Below, piece after piece: positions 52,582 through 64,000 of a DNA stretch of 64,000 bases; the stretch's first letter is position 1; every line of letters begins with the position of its first letter. The notes beneath the pieces are model-generated. The model had not been told where the DNA came from, made no database searches, and saw nothing but the letters and a program-made list of their open reading frames with translations. This DNA is from Actinomycetota bacterium (GTDB lineage Bacteria; Actinomycetota; Coriobacteriia; Anaerosomatales; PHET01), in contig JBBIJX010000003.1 of the NCBI GenBank assembly GCA_037445775.1, forward strand, positions 3,315-67,314, written 5' to 3'. The position numbers were made by a program, and so were the translations under genes.

Positions 52582-53560
52582 CTGCCTGCGCCGCCTTGGC
52601 CTCTTCGTGTTGCTGGTACGCGGTGACGATGCGCTGAACGAGCTTGTGGCGGACGACGTCCTTGCCCGTGAGTTCGATGAAGGAGATGTCGGCTACGCCG
52701 TCGAGGATGCCGCGGACCTCACGAAGCCCAGAGATGCCTCGCGGCAGGTCGATCTGGGTGATGTCGCCGGTCACGACGATCCTCGAGCCGAACCCCAGAC
52801 GGGTGAGGAACATCTTCATCTGTTCGGCGGTGGTGTTCTGTGCCTCGTCGAGGATGACGAAGCTGTCGTTGAGCGTACGCCCGCGCATGTAGGCGAGCGG
52901 CGCGATCTCGATGACGCCGCGCTCGAGCATCGTCGAGGACTTCTCGGCGTCCATCATGTCGAAGAGCGCGTCGTAGAGCGGGCGCAGGTACGGGTCGACC
53001 TTCTCGGTCAGCGTGCCCGGCAGGAATCCGAGTGACTCACCCGCCTCCACCGCCGGCCGCGTCAGTATGAGCCGGCCGACCTCCTTGCGCTTGAGCGATT
53101 CGACCGCCATCGCCATCGCGAGGTACGTCTTGCCGGTTCCTGCCGGGCCGATGCCGAACGTGACGGTGTTCGACCGGATCGCATCGACGTATCGCTTCTG
53201 GCCTGCGGTCTTGGGCCGGATCGCTTTTCCCTTATGCGTGAGGATCACGTCGCCGTGAAGCGCCGTCGGCGTGCACTCCCCCTGGGTCATCAGGTCGATG
53301 GAACGCTCGACGTGGTCGGAGGTGAGCTGCTCGCCGCGCTCCACGAGTCCGATCATCTCGCTGAAGAGTGCCGAGACGGTGTCGTCGTCGGGCCCGCCGC
53401 CAGAGATCGTGATCTCGTTACCGCGTACCGCGATGTCGGAGCCGAATCGGTCTTCGATGACCCTGAGCAGTCCGTCCCCGTACCCAAGGATGCGGGTCAT
53501 CTCCACCTCGGGCGGGACGATTAGGCGAATCTTGGTCGATTCCACGATGAGCGAGCACAC
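52568..53560 (-). CDS. phoH: PhoH-like ATPase
   Basis: GPAGTGKTYLAMAMAV Walker A and DEAQN. First gene of the conserved phoH-ybeY cluster. Confidence 0.9.
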   Translation of the reverse strand: MCSLIVESTKIRLIVPPEVEMTRILGYGDGLLRVIEDRFGSDIAVRGNEITISGGGPDDDTVSALFSEMIGLVERGEQLTSDHVERSIDLMTQGECTPTALHGDVILTHKGKAIRPKTAGQKRYVDAIRSNTVTFGIGPAGTGKTYLAMAMAVESLKRKEVGRLILTRPAVEAGESLGFLPGTLTEKVDPYLRPLYDALFDMMDAEKSSTMLERGVIEIAPLAYMRGRTLNDSFVILDEAQNTTAEQMKMFLTRLGFGSRIVVTGDITQIDLPRGISGLREVRGILDGVADISFIELTGKDVVRHKLVQRIVTAYQQHEEAKAAQADGSG

Positions 53561-53584
53561 CTCGGTTCGCGCTGTCGGATATCC

Positions 53585-53630
53585 GGACGGAGATGATTAT
53601 ACCGCCGAAGTGGGCGTGTGCGCTCCGTCC
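53585..53630 (-). promoter_or_regulatory. Candidate phoH-operon promoter (-10 TATAAT) bracketed by an 8-bp inverted repeat
   Basis: Minus-strand TATAAT at 53601-53596, about 36 nt upstream of the phoH start. GGACGGAG (53585-53592) and CTCCGTCC (53623-53630) flank it. No convincing -35. Confidence 0.3.
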
Positions 53631-53730
53631 GTCATTGGGCGGCACCCGGCGCGCACGCCACGCACGCCACGCAGCAGACTTCTGCTCGAGCGACCGCGCA
53701 GCATGCGTCCGGCCGGTCAACGCAGGGCGT

Positions 53731-54621
53731 CTACTCGGCGACAGCAGGAAACGGGCTCTGTCGACGTGAGAGCACGCCCTCAACCCCGAACAGCGCGAGC
53801 GCTGCCCACACGAGGCCGAATCCGAAGAGCGTGTGTGCCGTGATCGTCTCGCGATAGACGAAGACACCCAGGCAGAACTGCAGTGTGGGCGCGATGTACT
53901 GCAACACTCCGATCAAGGTGAGCGGTATGCGCCTGGCCGCCGAGGCGAACAGAAGCAGCGGCACCGTAGTGACCACGCCGGCACCCACGAGCAGGAGGTT
54001 TGTGGAAGCGTAGCTGTGAAGGAACGCCCCGCCGCCACGCGCCTCGGCAGCGGCGAGCACTCCCAGAGCCGGCACGAGCAGGATCCCAGTCTCGAGTGCG
54101 AGCCCATGCACGGACCCGAGCGGAGCGAACTTCTTCACGAGTCCGTAGAGCGCGAACGTGACCGCAAGCGTCAGCGCTATCCACGGAAGGCGGCCGTAGT
54201 CGAAGGTCAGGTACACGACACCGGTGCCCGCGAGACCGACCGCCACCCACTGCCACGCACGCAGCCGCTCGCGCAGGAGAGCCACCCCGAAGACGATGCT
54301 GATGAGCGGGTTGATGAAGTAGCCCAGACTCGTCTCGACGATGTGACCGGCGTTGACGGCCCACACGTACGTCAACCAGTTCACGCCCACTAGCACCGCG
54401 GCCAGGGCGTAGACGCCAAGCACACGCGGAGCCCGCGCATTCGCGAAGAAGGCCCTCCACTCCCGCCAGATCGCGACGATGAGGGCGAGAAGCACGAACG
54501 ACCAGATGATGCGGTGGGAGATGAGCTGCAGGGCCGGTACGCCTTCGAGGATCTTCCAGTAGATGGGAAGCAGCCCCCAGACGATATAGGCGCCGACGGC
54601 GTACCAGACGCCGCGACTCAT
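53731..54621 (-). CDS. rarD: EamA/RarD-family transporter
   Basis: Start at ATG 54621 (MSRGVWYAVGAYIVWGLLPIYWK). Ten hydrophobic segments. Confidence 0.82.
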   Translation of the reverse strand: MSRGVWYAVGAYIVWGLLPIYWKILEGVPALQLISHRIIWSFVLLALIVAIWREWRAFFANARAPRVLGVYALAAVLVGVNWLTYVWAVNAGHIVETSLGYFINPLISIVFGVALLRERLRAWQWVAVGLAGTGVVYLTFDYGRLPWIALTLAVTFALYGLVKKFAPLGSVHGLALETGILLVPALGVLAAAEARGGGAFLHSYASTNLLLVGAGVVTTVPLLLFASAARRIPLTLIGVLQYIAPTLQFCLGVFVYRETITAHTLFGFGLVWAALALFGVEGVLSRRQSPFPAVAE

Positions 54622-54781
54622 GTGGTGCCGCCTGGCGCCGTCTGGGCAGGGTAGTGGTTCGTCGTCTGGTTCTTCACGAACGGAGGATAGCCGAACCGCG
54701 TCGCGACCGATATCTACGCACCCGGCTTGATCTCGCACGCGATGAGCCGCGCGAGCGAACCCCGCCGCAGTCAGAACCCGG

Positions 54782-56059
54782 CTACCGGCAGTCGACTACC
54801 ATCTCCCGGGTGAGTTCGACCGTCACGAGTTCGCCCACGCTCGCGCCCGCAGCCGGCGCCCGCACGCGCAGGTACTCTCGAGTGGTCCCTTCGGCGACCC
54901 CATCCTCTACGCGCTCCACGAGCACTTCGACCGTCTGCCCGAGACGAGACTCGATGAAGCGTCCTCTGAGCGTCGCATCGAGTTCGCGCAAGTCGGCGGC
55001 CCGCCGGGCCTTCACGCTTGCGGGAAGTTGATCCGGCATAGCCGCTGCGGGTGTGCCCTCGCGGCGTGAGTAGCGGAAGACGTGCAGCCTGCTGAAGCCG
55101 ATCTCCTCGCAGAACGCCATCGTCGCACGGTGATCCTCCTCGGTCTCGCCGGGAAAACCACAGATGATGTCAGTCGTGTAGGTCATACCGGTCGCGATAG
55201 AACGCAGTCCGCACATGATCGTCCGGTACTGCTCTGCGGTGTATGTCCTGCCCATTGCCGCGAGAACCCGGTCAGAGCCGCTCTGCAAGGGGACGTGGAA
55301 GTGCCGCACGATCTTGGGCGTGTACGACGTAGCCTGGAGGAAGTAGCAGAGACCCTCGAGTTCGAGACTCGACACGCGGATGCGCTCGATCGCCGTGCGA
55401 CCCGCTATCTCCGCGGCAAGCCACGCAAGCTTGGGGAACTCCGGGTCGTGGTACTTGGCCGCGTTGACTCCGGTCAGCACGACTTCTCGCACGCCCGCAT
55501 TCGCCAGCGCTCGCACCTCGTCGACGACATCCACTGCGGGCCGTGACCGAGGTACCCCGCGGGCGTAGGGCACAACGCAGTACGTGCAGAACGAGTCGCA
55601 GCCGTCCTGGACCTTCACCGGGACGCGGGTGCGAAACCCCGCTCCACCGCGGGTGACGGGCGTGGGCGCGGGCGACGCCGTGACGTTCGCTGGTTCGCGC
55701 ACCCTGAGAGTCTCGATGACCTTCGCCGCGACCGTCTCCTTGTCCGGTTCGACGACAACACGATCGCCGAGCGCCTCGAGCGAAGCACCATCCAGCGCGG
55801 CAAGACACCCGGTGACCACCACGACAGGCTTCCCCGGCGCTTTCAGAGCCTGCCGCACCGCCTTGCGCGCCTTCGCGTCGGCCTCCGCTGTCACGGTGCA
55901 AGTGTTGACTACTACGACGTCGGCACTGTCCGCTTCGACGACGCGCACCCCACGGCCCAAGAGCTCGGCGGCGATTCCGTCACTCTCGACGCGGTTAACC
56001 TTGCAGCCGAGTGTTGTGACCGCGACGGTGAGCCCGAAGCGCAGTGTTGCGTTCGTCAC
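54782..56059 (-). CDS. mtaB: Radical-SAM methylthiotransferase, MtaB-like
   Basis: TLGCKVNRVES (UPF0004 domain), CDSFCTYCVVP (radical SAM), and a C-terminal TRAM domain. GTGA overlap with the rsmE stop. Confidence 0.88.
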   Translation of the reverse strand: MTNATLRFGLTVAVTTLGCKVNRVESDGIAAELLGRGVRVVEADSADVVVVNTCTVTAEADAKARKAVRQALKAPGKPVVVVTGCLAALDGASLEALGDRVVVEPDKETVAAKVIETLRVREPANVTASPAPTPVTRGGAGFRTRVPVKVQDGCDSFCTYCVVPYARGVPRSRPAVDVVDEVRALANAGVREVVLTGVNAAKYHDPEFPKLAWLAAEIAGRTAIERIRVSSLELEGLCYFLQATSYTPKIVRHFHVPLQSGSDRVLAAMGRTYTAEQYRTIMCGLRSIATGMTYTTDIICGFPGETEEDHRATMAFCEEIGFSRLHVFRYSRREGTPAAAMPDQLPASVKARRAADLRELDATLRGRFIESRLGQTVEVLVERVEDGVAEGTTREYLRVRAPAAGASVGELVTVELTREMVVDCR

Positions 56060-56841
56060 GAGCGCCCCAGCCCACCGAGTTCATGGATGACGAGCGCGAG
56101 CCCGACCAGCGCCGCGGTCTCGGCGCGCAGCAAGAAGCGCCCGAGACCCGCAACTCGTGCACCGGCCTCGACGAGCCCGTCGACCTCTTCGGCGGTGAGC
56201 CCGCCTTCCGGGCCAACCACGAGAGCGACCTGCACCACTCCGTCAGGCCCCGCAGCCTCGACGCCGGCCAGCGCATCGGAGATGCCCCCGGCTTCTGCCC
56301 CGGCCTCCTCCCACAAGACGATAACCCCATCAAGCGGGGCCAGGTGCGCAGGCAGATCGCCCGGAACCACCGGGTCGTGGACGAACGGCACGCGGTCACG
56401 ATGCGCCTGCTCGGCGGCGGACTTGGCGATGCGGCGCCAGCGCTCCCCTCGTTCTCGCCGCTTGGCATCATCAAGCTTGACTATGGTGCGGCTGAAGAGA
56501 ACCGGAACGACCTCTGTGACCCCGATCTCCACGGCGTGACGCACCGTGTCGTCCATCTTGTCGCCCTTGGTCACGCCCGCGACAAGTACCACGGCCATCC
56601 CAGGTCTAGGTGCATCAGGCAGTCGCTCGCCCACGTAAGCCGACACGCCACCGGAGTGCGCCGCCTCGACCTTCACGACCCAGACCCCACCTGCGGGCTC
56701 CACGCATTCGAGCTCCTCGCCCGCGCGCAAGCGAAGGACGCGCACCGCGTGGCGCACGTCATCATCGGTCAGCGGGAGGGTCACGGCACTGCCACCCGGC
56801 TTCGGCAGCGGCGCGGCGAGGAAGAACCGCGGGCGCGACAT
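56056..56841 (-). CDS. rsmE: 16S rRNA (uracil1498-N3)-methyltransferase
   Basis: RVLRLRAGEE N-terminal PUA-like region and GPEGGLTAEEV SPOUT motif. Confidence 0.85.
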   Translation of the reverse strand: MSRPRFFLAAPLPKPGGSAVTLPLTDDDVRHAVRVLRLRAGEELECVEPAGGVWVVKVEAAHSGGVSAYVGERLPDAPRPGMAVVLVAGVTKGDKMDDTVRHAVEIGVTEVVPVLFSRTIVKLDDAKRRERGERWRRIAKSAAEQAHRDRVPFVHDPVVPGDLPAHLAPLDGVIVLWEEAGAEAGGISDALAGVEAAGPDGVVQVALVVGPEGGLTAEEVDGLVEAGARVAGLGRFLLRAETAALVGLALVIHELGGLGRS

Positions 56842-56846
56842 CGCCT

Positions 56847-58001
56847 CTACCCCATCAGCCAGTGCTTGAGCTTCTCGAGCGGGCCTTGTTCGTGCCGCGT
56901 CGCATCGCCGAGCTCCTCGGAGAGCTCACGGAGGAGTTCCTTCTGGCGCTTCGAGAGCTTCTTGGGGATCTCGACGCCCACATGCACGATCAGATCGCCG
57001 CGGCCTGCGTTTCGCGTGCGAGGCATGCCGCGGCCCTTCACGCGAATCGTGTCTCCGTGCTGCGAGCCCGCCGGTATCGCCACCTCGTTGTCTTCGAGGA
57101 TGCCGCACGCGGTGATCTCGGCGCCGAGCGCCGCCTGCGTGAACGAGATGGTCGCCTTGCAGTGCAGGTCGTCGCCCTCGCGATGAAGGTACTCGTGGGG
57201 CGCGACGCGCACGGTGATGATGAGATCGCCGGCCTGCGCGCCGCGGATGCCCGCCTCGCCAAGAGCGCGCAACCGGATCTGCTGGCCGTCGTGGATGCCC
57301 GCGGGAACGGTGACGTTGACGTGCTGACGGTCGGGCACGCGCCCGGAGCCTTCGCACTCCTCACAAGGGTTCTCCACGACGCGACCGGTCGCGCCGCAAC
57401 GCTGACAGGGTGTCGACGTCTGCATCACGCCCAGAAACGTCCGGTGCTCTGTCATGCGCTGCCCTGTGCCTCGGCAGTCCGGGCAGGTCACGACGTTGCC
57501 TCCGCCCGTAGCCCCCGAGCCGCTGCAGGCATCGCATGTGGTGAGGCGGTTGACGGCGATCTCGCGCTCGACGCCGGTCGCGGCCTCCTCGAGGGTCACA
57601 GTGAGCTGCATCGCCATGTCGCGACCCTCACGCCGAACACCGCGAGCCGCACCCGCGACACCGCCGAAGAAGGCGGAGAAGATGTCGCCCATGCCGAAGC
57701 CGCCGCCACCGAACAGGTCGTTCAGATCCACATACCCGCCGTATGCGCCACCGCCCGGACCGGCGCCACCGCGTCCCACAGTGCCGAAGCGGTCGTACTG
57801 CTCCTTCTTCTGGTGATCGGACAGCACGTCGTAGGCCTCATTGACCTCCTTGAAGCGCTCCTCCGCGTCCGGCGCCTTGTTCACGTCCGGATGGTACTCC
57901 CGGGCTTTGCGCCGGAACGCCTTCTTGATCTCCTCGTGTGAGGCGTCGCGCGCCACGCCGAGCACCTCGTAGTAGTCCCTCGTCCCAGCTGGCACGGTCA
58001 C
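56847..58001 (-). CDS. dnaJ: Chaperone DnaJ
   Basis: J-domain YHPD, a G/F region, and four CxxCxGxG zinc repeats. Confidence 0.93.
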   Translation of the reverse strand: MTVPAGTRDYYEVLGVARDASHEEIKKAFRRKAREYHPDVNKAPDAEERFKEVNEAYDVLSDHQKKEQYDRFGTVGRGGAGPGGGAYGGYVDLNDLFGGGGFGMGDIFSAFFGGVAGAARGVRREGRDMAMQLTVTLEEAATGVEREIAVNRLTTCDACSGSGATGGGNVVTCPDCRGTGQRMTEHRTFLGVMQTSTPCQRCGATGRVVENPCEECEGSGRVPDRQHVNVTVPAGIHDGQQIRLRALGEAGIRGAQAGDLIITVRVAPHEYLHREGDDLHCKATISFTQAALGAEITACGILEDNEVAIPAGSQHGDTIRVKGRGMPRTRNAGRGDLIVHVGVEIPKKLSKRQKELLRELSEELGDATRHEQGPLEKLKHWLMG

Positions 58002-59071
58002 GCTCCTCGCATGGCTTCAGAGAGCTCCCGGGCGACCGCACGAACGGCCCCCATCGCTCGTTGGTAGTCCATTCGTGTGGGCCCTACGACGCCCACGAGT
58101 CCCTGTGACGAGTCGCCCGCCGAGTACGCCGAGGCGACGATCGACACGTTGCCGAGTTCGCTGCGCTGGTTCTCATGTCCTATGCGCACCGTGACATCGC
58201 GCGACGATAGCGCAACTGAGAGCGCCTCGAGCACCGCGATACCATCCTCGAGGAACTCGATCAGAGGGCGCACGCGGTCCGCATCGTGGAACTCGGGATG
58301 CGCGAGCAATGCGGGCACGCCTCCGTGATGGAGCCGGTCTCGGTCGGCCTCTGAGAGCGCGTCGAGAATCTCGTCGAGCACGCGCGCCATGAGCGCGGTG
58401 TCGATGGCGGCTCCCCTGCCGCTCGCCCTCGCCGCGCCGACGAGCGCCGATCCACTCCCGCGCGTGTCGAGGGCTGCGCGCAAGGGGCGGATCTCGTCCG
58501 CACGCTTGCCCACGACCGCGGCGTTGAGCGCGCGCTCCATACGTGCGAGCGCCTCGGGCGCAGCCTCTTCGTCGAGCTCGATGGCCCGGTTCACGACCTG
58601 CCCCGACTCGGTGATCAGTACGAACAACGCGCGGCGCGGTGCGAGCGACAGCAGGTCGATACGCTTGACGCGCGAGATGCGCACCGATGGAGCGATCGTG
58701 AGCGCAAGGCAGTCAGTCAGGCGCGTCAACGCGACCGATGTCTCGCGCATGAGCTCGTCGACCTCAGCGGCATGGGCGAGTCGCGCGGTTGGATCAACGC
58801 ATTCGCCGGCGTCATCGGCGCTCTGTGCACGCGCGAGCAGGTCGTCGACGAAGCTGCGGTACCCGCTGTCGGTGGGAACCCGGCCCGCGGAGACGTGCGG
58901 CTGGATGACGTAGCCGGTCTCCTCGAGGATGGAGAGCTCTGTCCGCACCGTGGCGGGGCTGCACCCGAGTTCATAGCGCTCGACGAGCGTACGGCTCCCC
59001 ACCGGGGTCGCGGACGCGACGTACTCCTCGATGAGCGCTTGCAGGACGCGCCGACGGCGTTCGTTGAGCAT
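57998..59071 (-). CDS. hrcA: Heat-inducible transcription repressor HrcA
   Basis: [29 protein letters not shown] winged-helix N-terminus. CIRCE element upstream. SD GAGGAGG. Confidence 0.92.
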   Translation of the reverse strand: MLNERRRRVLQALIEEYVASATPVGSRTLVERYELGCSPATVRTELSILEETGYVIQPHVSAGRVPTDSGYRSFVDDLLARAQSADDAGECVDPTARLAHAAEVDELMRETSVALTRLTDCLALTIAPSVRISRVKRIDLLSLAPRRALFVLITESGQVVNRAIELDEEAAPEALARMERALNAAVVGKRADEIRPLRAALDTRGSGSALVGAARASGRGAAIDTALMARVLDEILDALSEADRDRLHHGGVPALLAHPEFHDADRVRPLIEFLEDGIAVLEALSVALSSRDVTVRIGHENQRSELGNVSIVASAYSAGDSSQGLVGVVGPTRMDYQRAMGAVRAVARELSEAMRGA

Positions 59072-59112
59072 CTGTGGCGCGACCTCCTCGCTCCTGCCTC
59101 GGACACGGAATC

Positions 59113-59137
59113 TGGCACTCGATTATAGCGAGTGCCA
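59113..59137. promoter_or_regulatory. CIRCE operator (HrcA binding site) overlapping a -10 hexamer
   Basis: TGGCACTC-N9-GAGTGCCA (consensus TTAGCACTC-N9-GAGTGCTAA), 42 nt upstream of the hrcA start. On the minus strand the 9-nt spacer reads GCTATAATC and contains TATAAT (59127-59122). Confidence 0.75.
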
Positions 59138-59207
59138 AGCACCGCACGGAAGAGCGCTCGACGTCCGTTCTGCGGTCTGCGGTCGTTCTGCGGTCCGGCT
59201 GGTGCGC

Positions 59208-60395
59208 TTACTCGCCCGTCCAGATCCGCGTGAAGATCTCGTTGCCCAGTAGCCATCCCCGCTCGGTGGAACGCCAGCGCTGCTGTTCGCCATCGCTCAA
59301 GCGCTCGACCAAACCCTCGCGCTCAAGGCTCGCAAGTGCACCGCGCGCTCCCGCTGCTTGTGCAAGCTCGTCGGTGATACCGCGGCTGAGGCGCAGCCCC
59401 AGCATCGCGTCCTCGCGTGCGACGGCGTCCGCCGGAAGCGTCTCCAACTCCACCGGGCGTTGCACGCCACTGAGATGGAACGAGGCGACATCCGTATGCA
59501 TGGTGAAGCGCACCCGCGCCGCATCTGCGGGGAGATGCCACGCGGGCGGGGCATCGGCGGCGGGCAGCATGCTCGCCGCGGTCGGTCCTATGCCGAGGTA
59601 GGCGCCCCCGCTCCAGTAACGCACATTGTGGCGGCACTCCTCCCCCGGCCTCGCATAGCTCGCGACCTCGTAGCGCTCGTAGCCGGCGGCGCGCAGCGCC
59701 GCCGCGGCGTACGTCATCTGGTCAGCCGCGACATCGGGATCGGGATCAGGCTGTTCGTCCGCCTCCATGAGTGCGAAGAGAGGCGTGTCCGGCTCGACGC
59801 TCAGGGGATACACGCTCACGTGGCCCGCGCCGACCTCGATCGCGTCGTGCACCGTCCACTCCCACGACCCGGGTGTCTGCACAGGTATGCCGCACATCAG
59901 GTCGAGTGAGAGCCGCAGCCCCGCGTCGCGTACGAGCGCGGCGGTACGCAGCGCGTCACTGGCGGTGTGGCGTCTGCCGAGCCACGCCAGAACGTCGTCA
60001 TCAAGGCTCTGGACCCCGAGCGAGATGCGGTTCACGCCCGCCCCAACGAGCGCATCCACGAGCGTCTCGTCAAGCGCGTCCGGATTCGCCTCGATCGCGA
60101 CCCTGACGTCCTCGCCGCCACCACATCGTGCGATGACATCCCGGACGAGGTCTGGGAGCGCGCTGCCAAGCAGCGTCGGGGTGCCGCCACCCACATACAC
60201 CGTGGGCACATGCCTAAGCAGCCCGCACTCGCGCCAGCCGTCGAGCTCGCGCATCACGGCCTCATGGTAGGCGGCGAAGAGGTACTGCGCCTCGGCGCTC
60301 TGCGGGTCGCACGCGACGGACGCGAAGTCACAGTACGCGCACTTCGACGCGCAGAAGGGCACGTGGATGTAGAGCGACACGCCCTGGGCACTCAC
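59208..60395 (-). CDS. hemW: Radical-SAM heme chaperone HemW (HemN-like)
   Basis: LYIHVPFCASKCAYCDF and GGGTPT. Confidence 0.88.
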   Translation of the reverse strand: MSAQGVSLYIHVPFCASKCAYCDFASVACDPQSAEAQYLFAAYHEAVMRELDGWRECGLLRHVPTVYVGGGTPTLLGSALPDLVRDVIARCGGGEDVRVAIEANPDALDETLVDALVGAGVNRISLGVQSLDDDVLAWLGRRHTASDALRTAALVRDAGLRLSLDLMCGIPVQTPGSWEWTVHDAIEVGAGHVSVYPLSVEPDTPLFALMEADEQPDPDPDVAADQMTYAAAALRAAGYERYEVASYARPGEECRHNVRYWSGGAYLGIGPTAASMLPAADAPPAWHLPADAARVRFTMHTDVASFHLSGVQRPVELETLPADAVAREDAMLGLRLSRGITDELAQAAGARGALASLEREGLVERLSDGEQQRWRSTERGWLLGNEIFTRIWTGE

Positions 60396-61384
60396 GACAG
60401 ACCCTCGAGGTAGGCGCGGTACTCGACGAGGATCGCGTCGAGCTCCTCAGGCGTCGTCGTCGAGTTCACGCGTTCGCGGCAGTGGCTCGCGCCGGGCATG
60501 CCGTGCACGTACCACGCGACGTGCTTTCGCATGCGGGCGACCGCGTGCGAGCCCATGAAGTCGACCAGCGCGGCCGCATGTTCGCGGGCCATGTCGATGC
60601 GCTCGAACCAGGTGGGCGGCGCGAGCGTCCTGCCAATGTCGATGAGCGCGCGGGCCTGGGCGAATATCCACGGGTTGCCCTGCGCGCCACGGGCGATCAT
60701 CACGGCGTCGCAGCCGGTCTCTTCAAGCATCCGCCTCGCGTCAGCTGCGCTCATGACGTCGCCCGACCCCATCACCGGCACACTGACCGCGGCCTTCACG
60801 CGCGAAATCGCGCCCCAATCGGCCGCACCTTGGTAATACTGCGCGCGTGTTCGACCGTGGATGGCGAGCGCCGACGCTCCTGCGTCTTCCATACGGCGCG
60901 CGAACTCCACGGCGGTGTCCTCTCCTTCGGCGAAACCCTTGCGGAACTTCACCGTGACCGGCACCGGCGCGACTGCGCGCACGCACGCCTCGACGATGAG
61001 CGCGGCGCGCGCCGGATCGCGCATGAGGCCGGCGCCCTCGCCCTTGTTCGCGACCTTGGGCACAGGACAGCCCATGTTGATGTCGACGAGGGCGACGTTG
61101 TCCCCGTATCGCTCAACGATCACGCGCGCCTGTTCGGCAAGGAGGAAACCATCCCCGCCGAAGAGCTGCACGCCGTAGGGGACCTCGCTCTCGTCGAAAG
61201 AGAGCAGCTTGGCGGCCGTGCGCGACTCAGGGTGGTGGTGCAACCCGGCGGCACTCACCATCTCCGTGTATGTGAGACCGGCGCCGAGGCGTTTGCAGAT
61301 CGCGCGAAAGGGCGCCTCAGTCACCCCGGCCATGGGCGCGAGGACGACGTTGTTCGCGGAGAGTATGTCTGCGACAGGGTTCAC
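60392..61384 (-). CDS. dus: tRNA-dihydrouridine synthase
   Basis: LAPMAGVTEAPFR, the VDINMGCP catalytic Cys, and HGRT. Confidence 0.88.
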   Translation of the reverse strand: MNPVADILSANNVVLAPMAGVTEAPFRAICKRLGAGLTYTEMVSAAGLHHHPESRTAAKLLSFDESEVPYGVQLFGGDGFLLAEQARVIVERYGDNVALVDINMGCPVPKVANKGEGAGLMRDPARAALIVEACVRAVAPVPVTVKFRKGFAEGEDTAVEFARRMEDAGASALAIHGRTRAQYYQGAADWGAISRVKAAVSVPVMGSGDVMSAADARRMLEETGCDAVMIARGAQGNPWIFAQARALIDIGRTLAPPTWFERIDMAREHAAALVDFMGSHAVARMRKHVAWYVHGMPGASHCRERVNSTTTPEELDAILVEYRAYLEGLS

Positions 61385-61408
61385 AAGTCCGAATCGCGCA
61401 GTCGCGGG

Positions 61409-63214
<1,806 letters not shown>

Positions 63215-63220
63215 AGCGGT

Positions 63221-63283
63221 ACAGTCTAGCAAGGTGCGTGCGAGCGAGCGAGTAGCGACGCTCGGAACCGTGTGCTAGACTGT
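63221..63283. promoter_or_regulatory. Divergent lepA / rpsT promoter region with mirrored -10 cores
   Basis: The 11-mer TGCTAGACTGT occurs on the plus strand at 63273-63283 and on the minus strand at 63231-63221. Each contains an extended -10-like TGnTAGACT. Confidence 0.35.
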
Positions 63284-63344
63284 CGCGGTTCGTCGACACC
63301 CCACTGTCACGGGCACCAACCGAACCGTCTTGGAGGACACGTAC

Positions 63345-63611
63345 GTGGCGAATATCAAGAGCCAGAAGAAGCGCATCCTTACGAACGAGAAGGCGCGCAT
63401 GCGCAACAAGGCCGTCAAGTCCGGCGTGAAGACCGCGATCAAGAAGGTCCACACCGCCGTCGATGCCGGTGACGCCGCAGCCGCCCTCGCGGCTGCCCTT
63501 GAGGCGTCAACGCTGCTGGACAAGGCGGCGAGCAAGGGCGTCATCCACAAGCGCCAAGCCGCGAACCGCAAGTCCGGCATCATGAAGGCCGCGAACAGCG
63601 TCGCGAAGTAG
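63345..63611 (+). CDS. rpsT: 30S ribosomal protein S20
   Basis: [25 protein letters not shown] 63345 is preceded by GGAGGA; the track TTG 63330 is part of that SD. Confidence 0.9.
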   Translation: MANIKSQKKRILTNEKARMRNKAVKSGVKTAIKKVHTAVDAGDAAAALAAALEASTLLDKAASKGVIHKRQAANRKSGIMKAANSVAK

Positions 63612-63671
63612 CCCGCTTGGCCAGGCAGGGTCTCGTCGCACCGCTGGCGGCGCAGACGCCGGCAGAGCAGC

Positions 63672-64000
63672 TCAGGCCGCGCCGCACGCCTCGATGATCC
63701 AGCGTTCGAGAACGAGCCGGGGGTCCCGGCCCGTTTTCATGTGGGCCTCGGCCTCGGCCGCCTGCTGCAGCAGTCTTACGAGCTCTCCCCGCTCGAAGCC
63801 GCGCGCCTGCCGCGGCAGCCGCTTGACCTGCCAGTCCGGACGGCCGAGCTCGCGAGCGACGTCGAGCGCTTCGCCGTGACCGCGCTCGTCAAGCGAGCGC
63901 GCTGTGATGAGATCGCGTAGCATGCGCACCGCCATCGCGTGCAGCGCATACTCCGACGTACCATCGTCGATGAGCTGGCCGGCGACCAATAGCGCCCGAC
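63672..64000 (-). CDS. holA: DNA polymerase III delta subunit, C-terminal part (gene runs off the right edge)
   Basis: The C-terminal helical domain ends ...GRDPRLVLERWIIEAC. Its position opposite rpsT matches conserved holA/rpsT synteny. Confidence 0.7.
   Translation of the reverse strand, partial: RALLVAGQLIDDGTSEYALHAMAVRMLRDLITARSLDERGHGEALDVARELGRPDWQVKRLPRQARGFERGELVRLLQQAAEAEAHMKTGRDPRLVLERWIIEACGAA

Overview
High-GC (roughly two-thirds G+C by eye) bacterial chromosome segment, densely packed with housekeeping genes. I call 58 CDS and 3 tRNAs. All are on the minus strand except rpsT and tRNA-Asn. Most long plus-strand ORFs in the track are antisense artefacts of the GC content.

Gene order, right to left on the minus strand:
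- holA / rpsT / lepA-dus-hemW
- hrcA-dnaJ-rsmE-mtaB
- rarD
- phoH-(HD/PgpH-like)-ybeY-(dgkA-PAP2)-(CNNM)-cdd-era-deoC-recO
- glyQ-glyS-PDRP-ppdK
- small membrane protein-dgt
- hppA
- dnaG-rpoD
- tRNA-Asn / tRNA-Met
- PASTA-amidase-wecB-galE
- tRNA-Val
- REC-PAS regulator
- ABC-F ATPase
- an 11-gene nuo operon
- two small ORFs-pilB-like ATPase-deoB-pdp-(DHH-CBS-CCA enzyme)-M50 protease-trpS-scpA-scpB-rluB-cobU-vapBC-cobT

The synteny is the Bacillus / actinobacterial 'lepA ... era-recO ... dnaG-sigA' backbone.

Most notable observation: the nuo operon is nuoA-B-C-D-H-I-J-K-L-M-N with no nuoE/F/G. Its NuoI is one 669-aa ORF in which a ~500-aa GltD-like NAD(P)H/FAD/[4Fe-4S] oxidoreductase module is inserted between the NuoI N-terminal segment and the NuoI 2x[4Fe-4S] core. 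This is a candidate built-in alternative electron-input module for complex I.

Other points worth a second look:
- a ~100-aa insertion in sigma region 3 of RpoD
- an orphan PilB/GspE ATPase with a textbook MshEN c-di-GMP-binding motif
- vapBC wedged between cobT and cobU, with a clear promoter/operator
- several unusual domain fusions: DHH-CBS-CCA, PASTA-amidase, DgkA-PAP2, REC-PAS with a Cys/His motif
- a Rex-like palindrome on the nuo promoter
- a CIRCE element whose spacer is TATAAT
- a mirrored promoter core between lepA and rpsT

All protein calls rest on motifs I recognise in the supplied translations. No database search was run. No CRISPR array, transposase, integrase or rRNA was seen.
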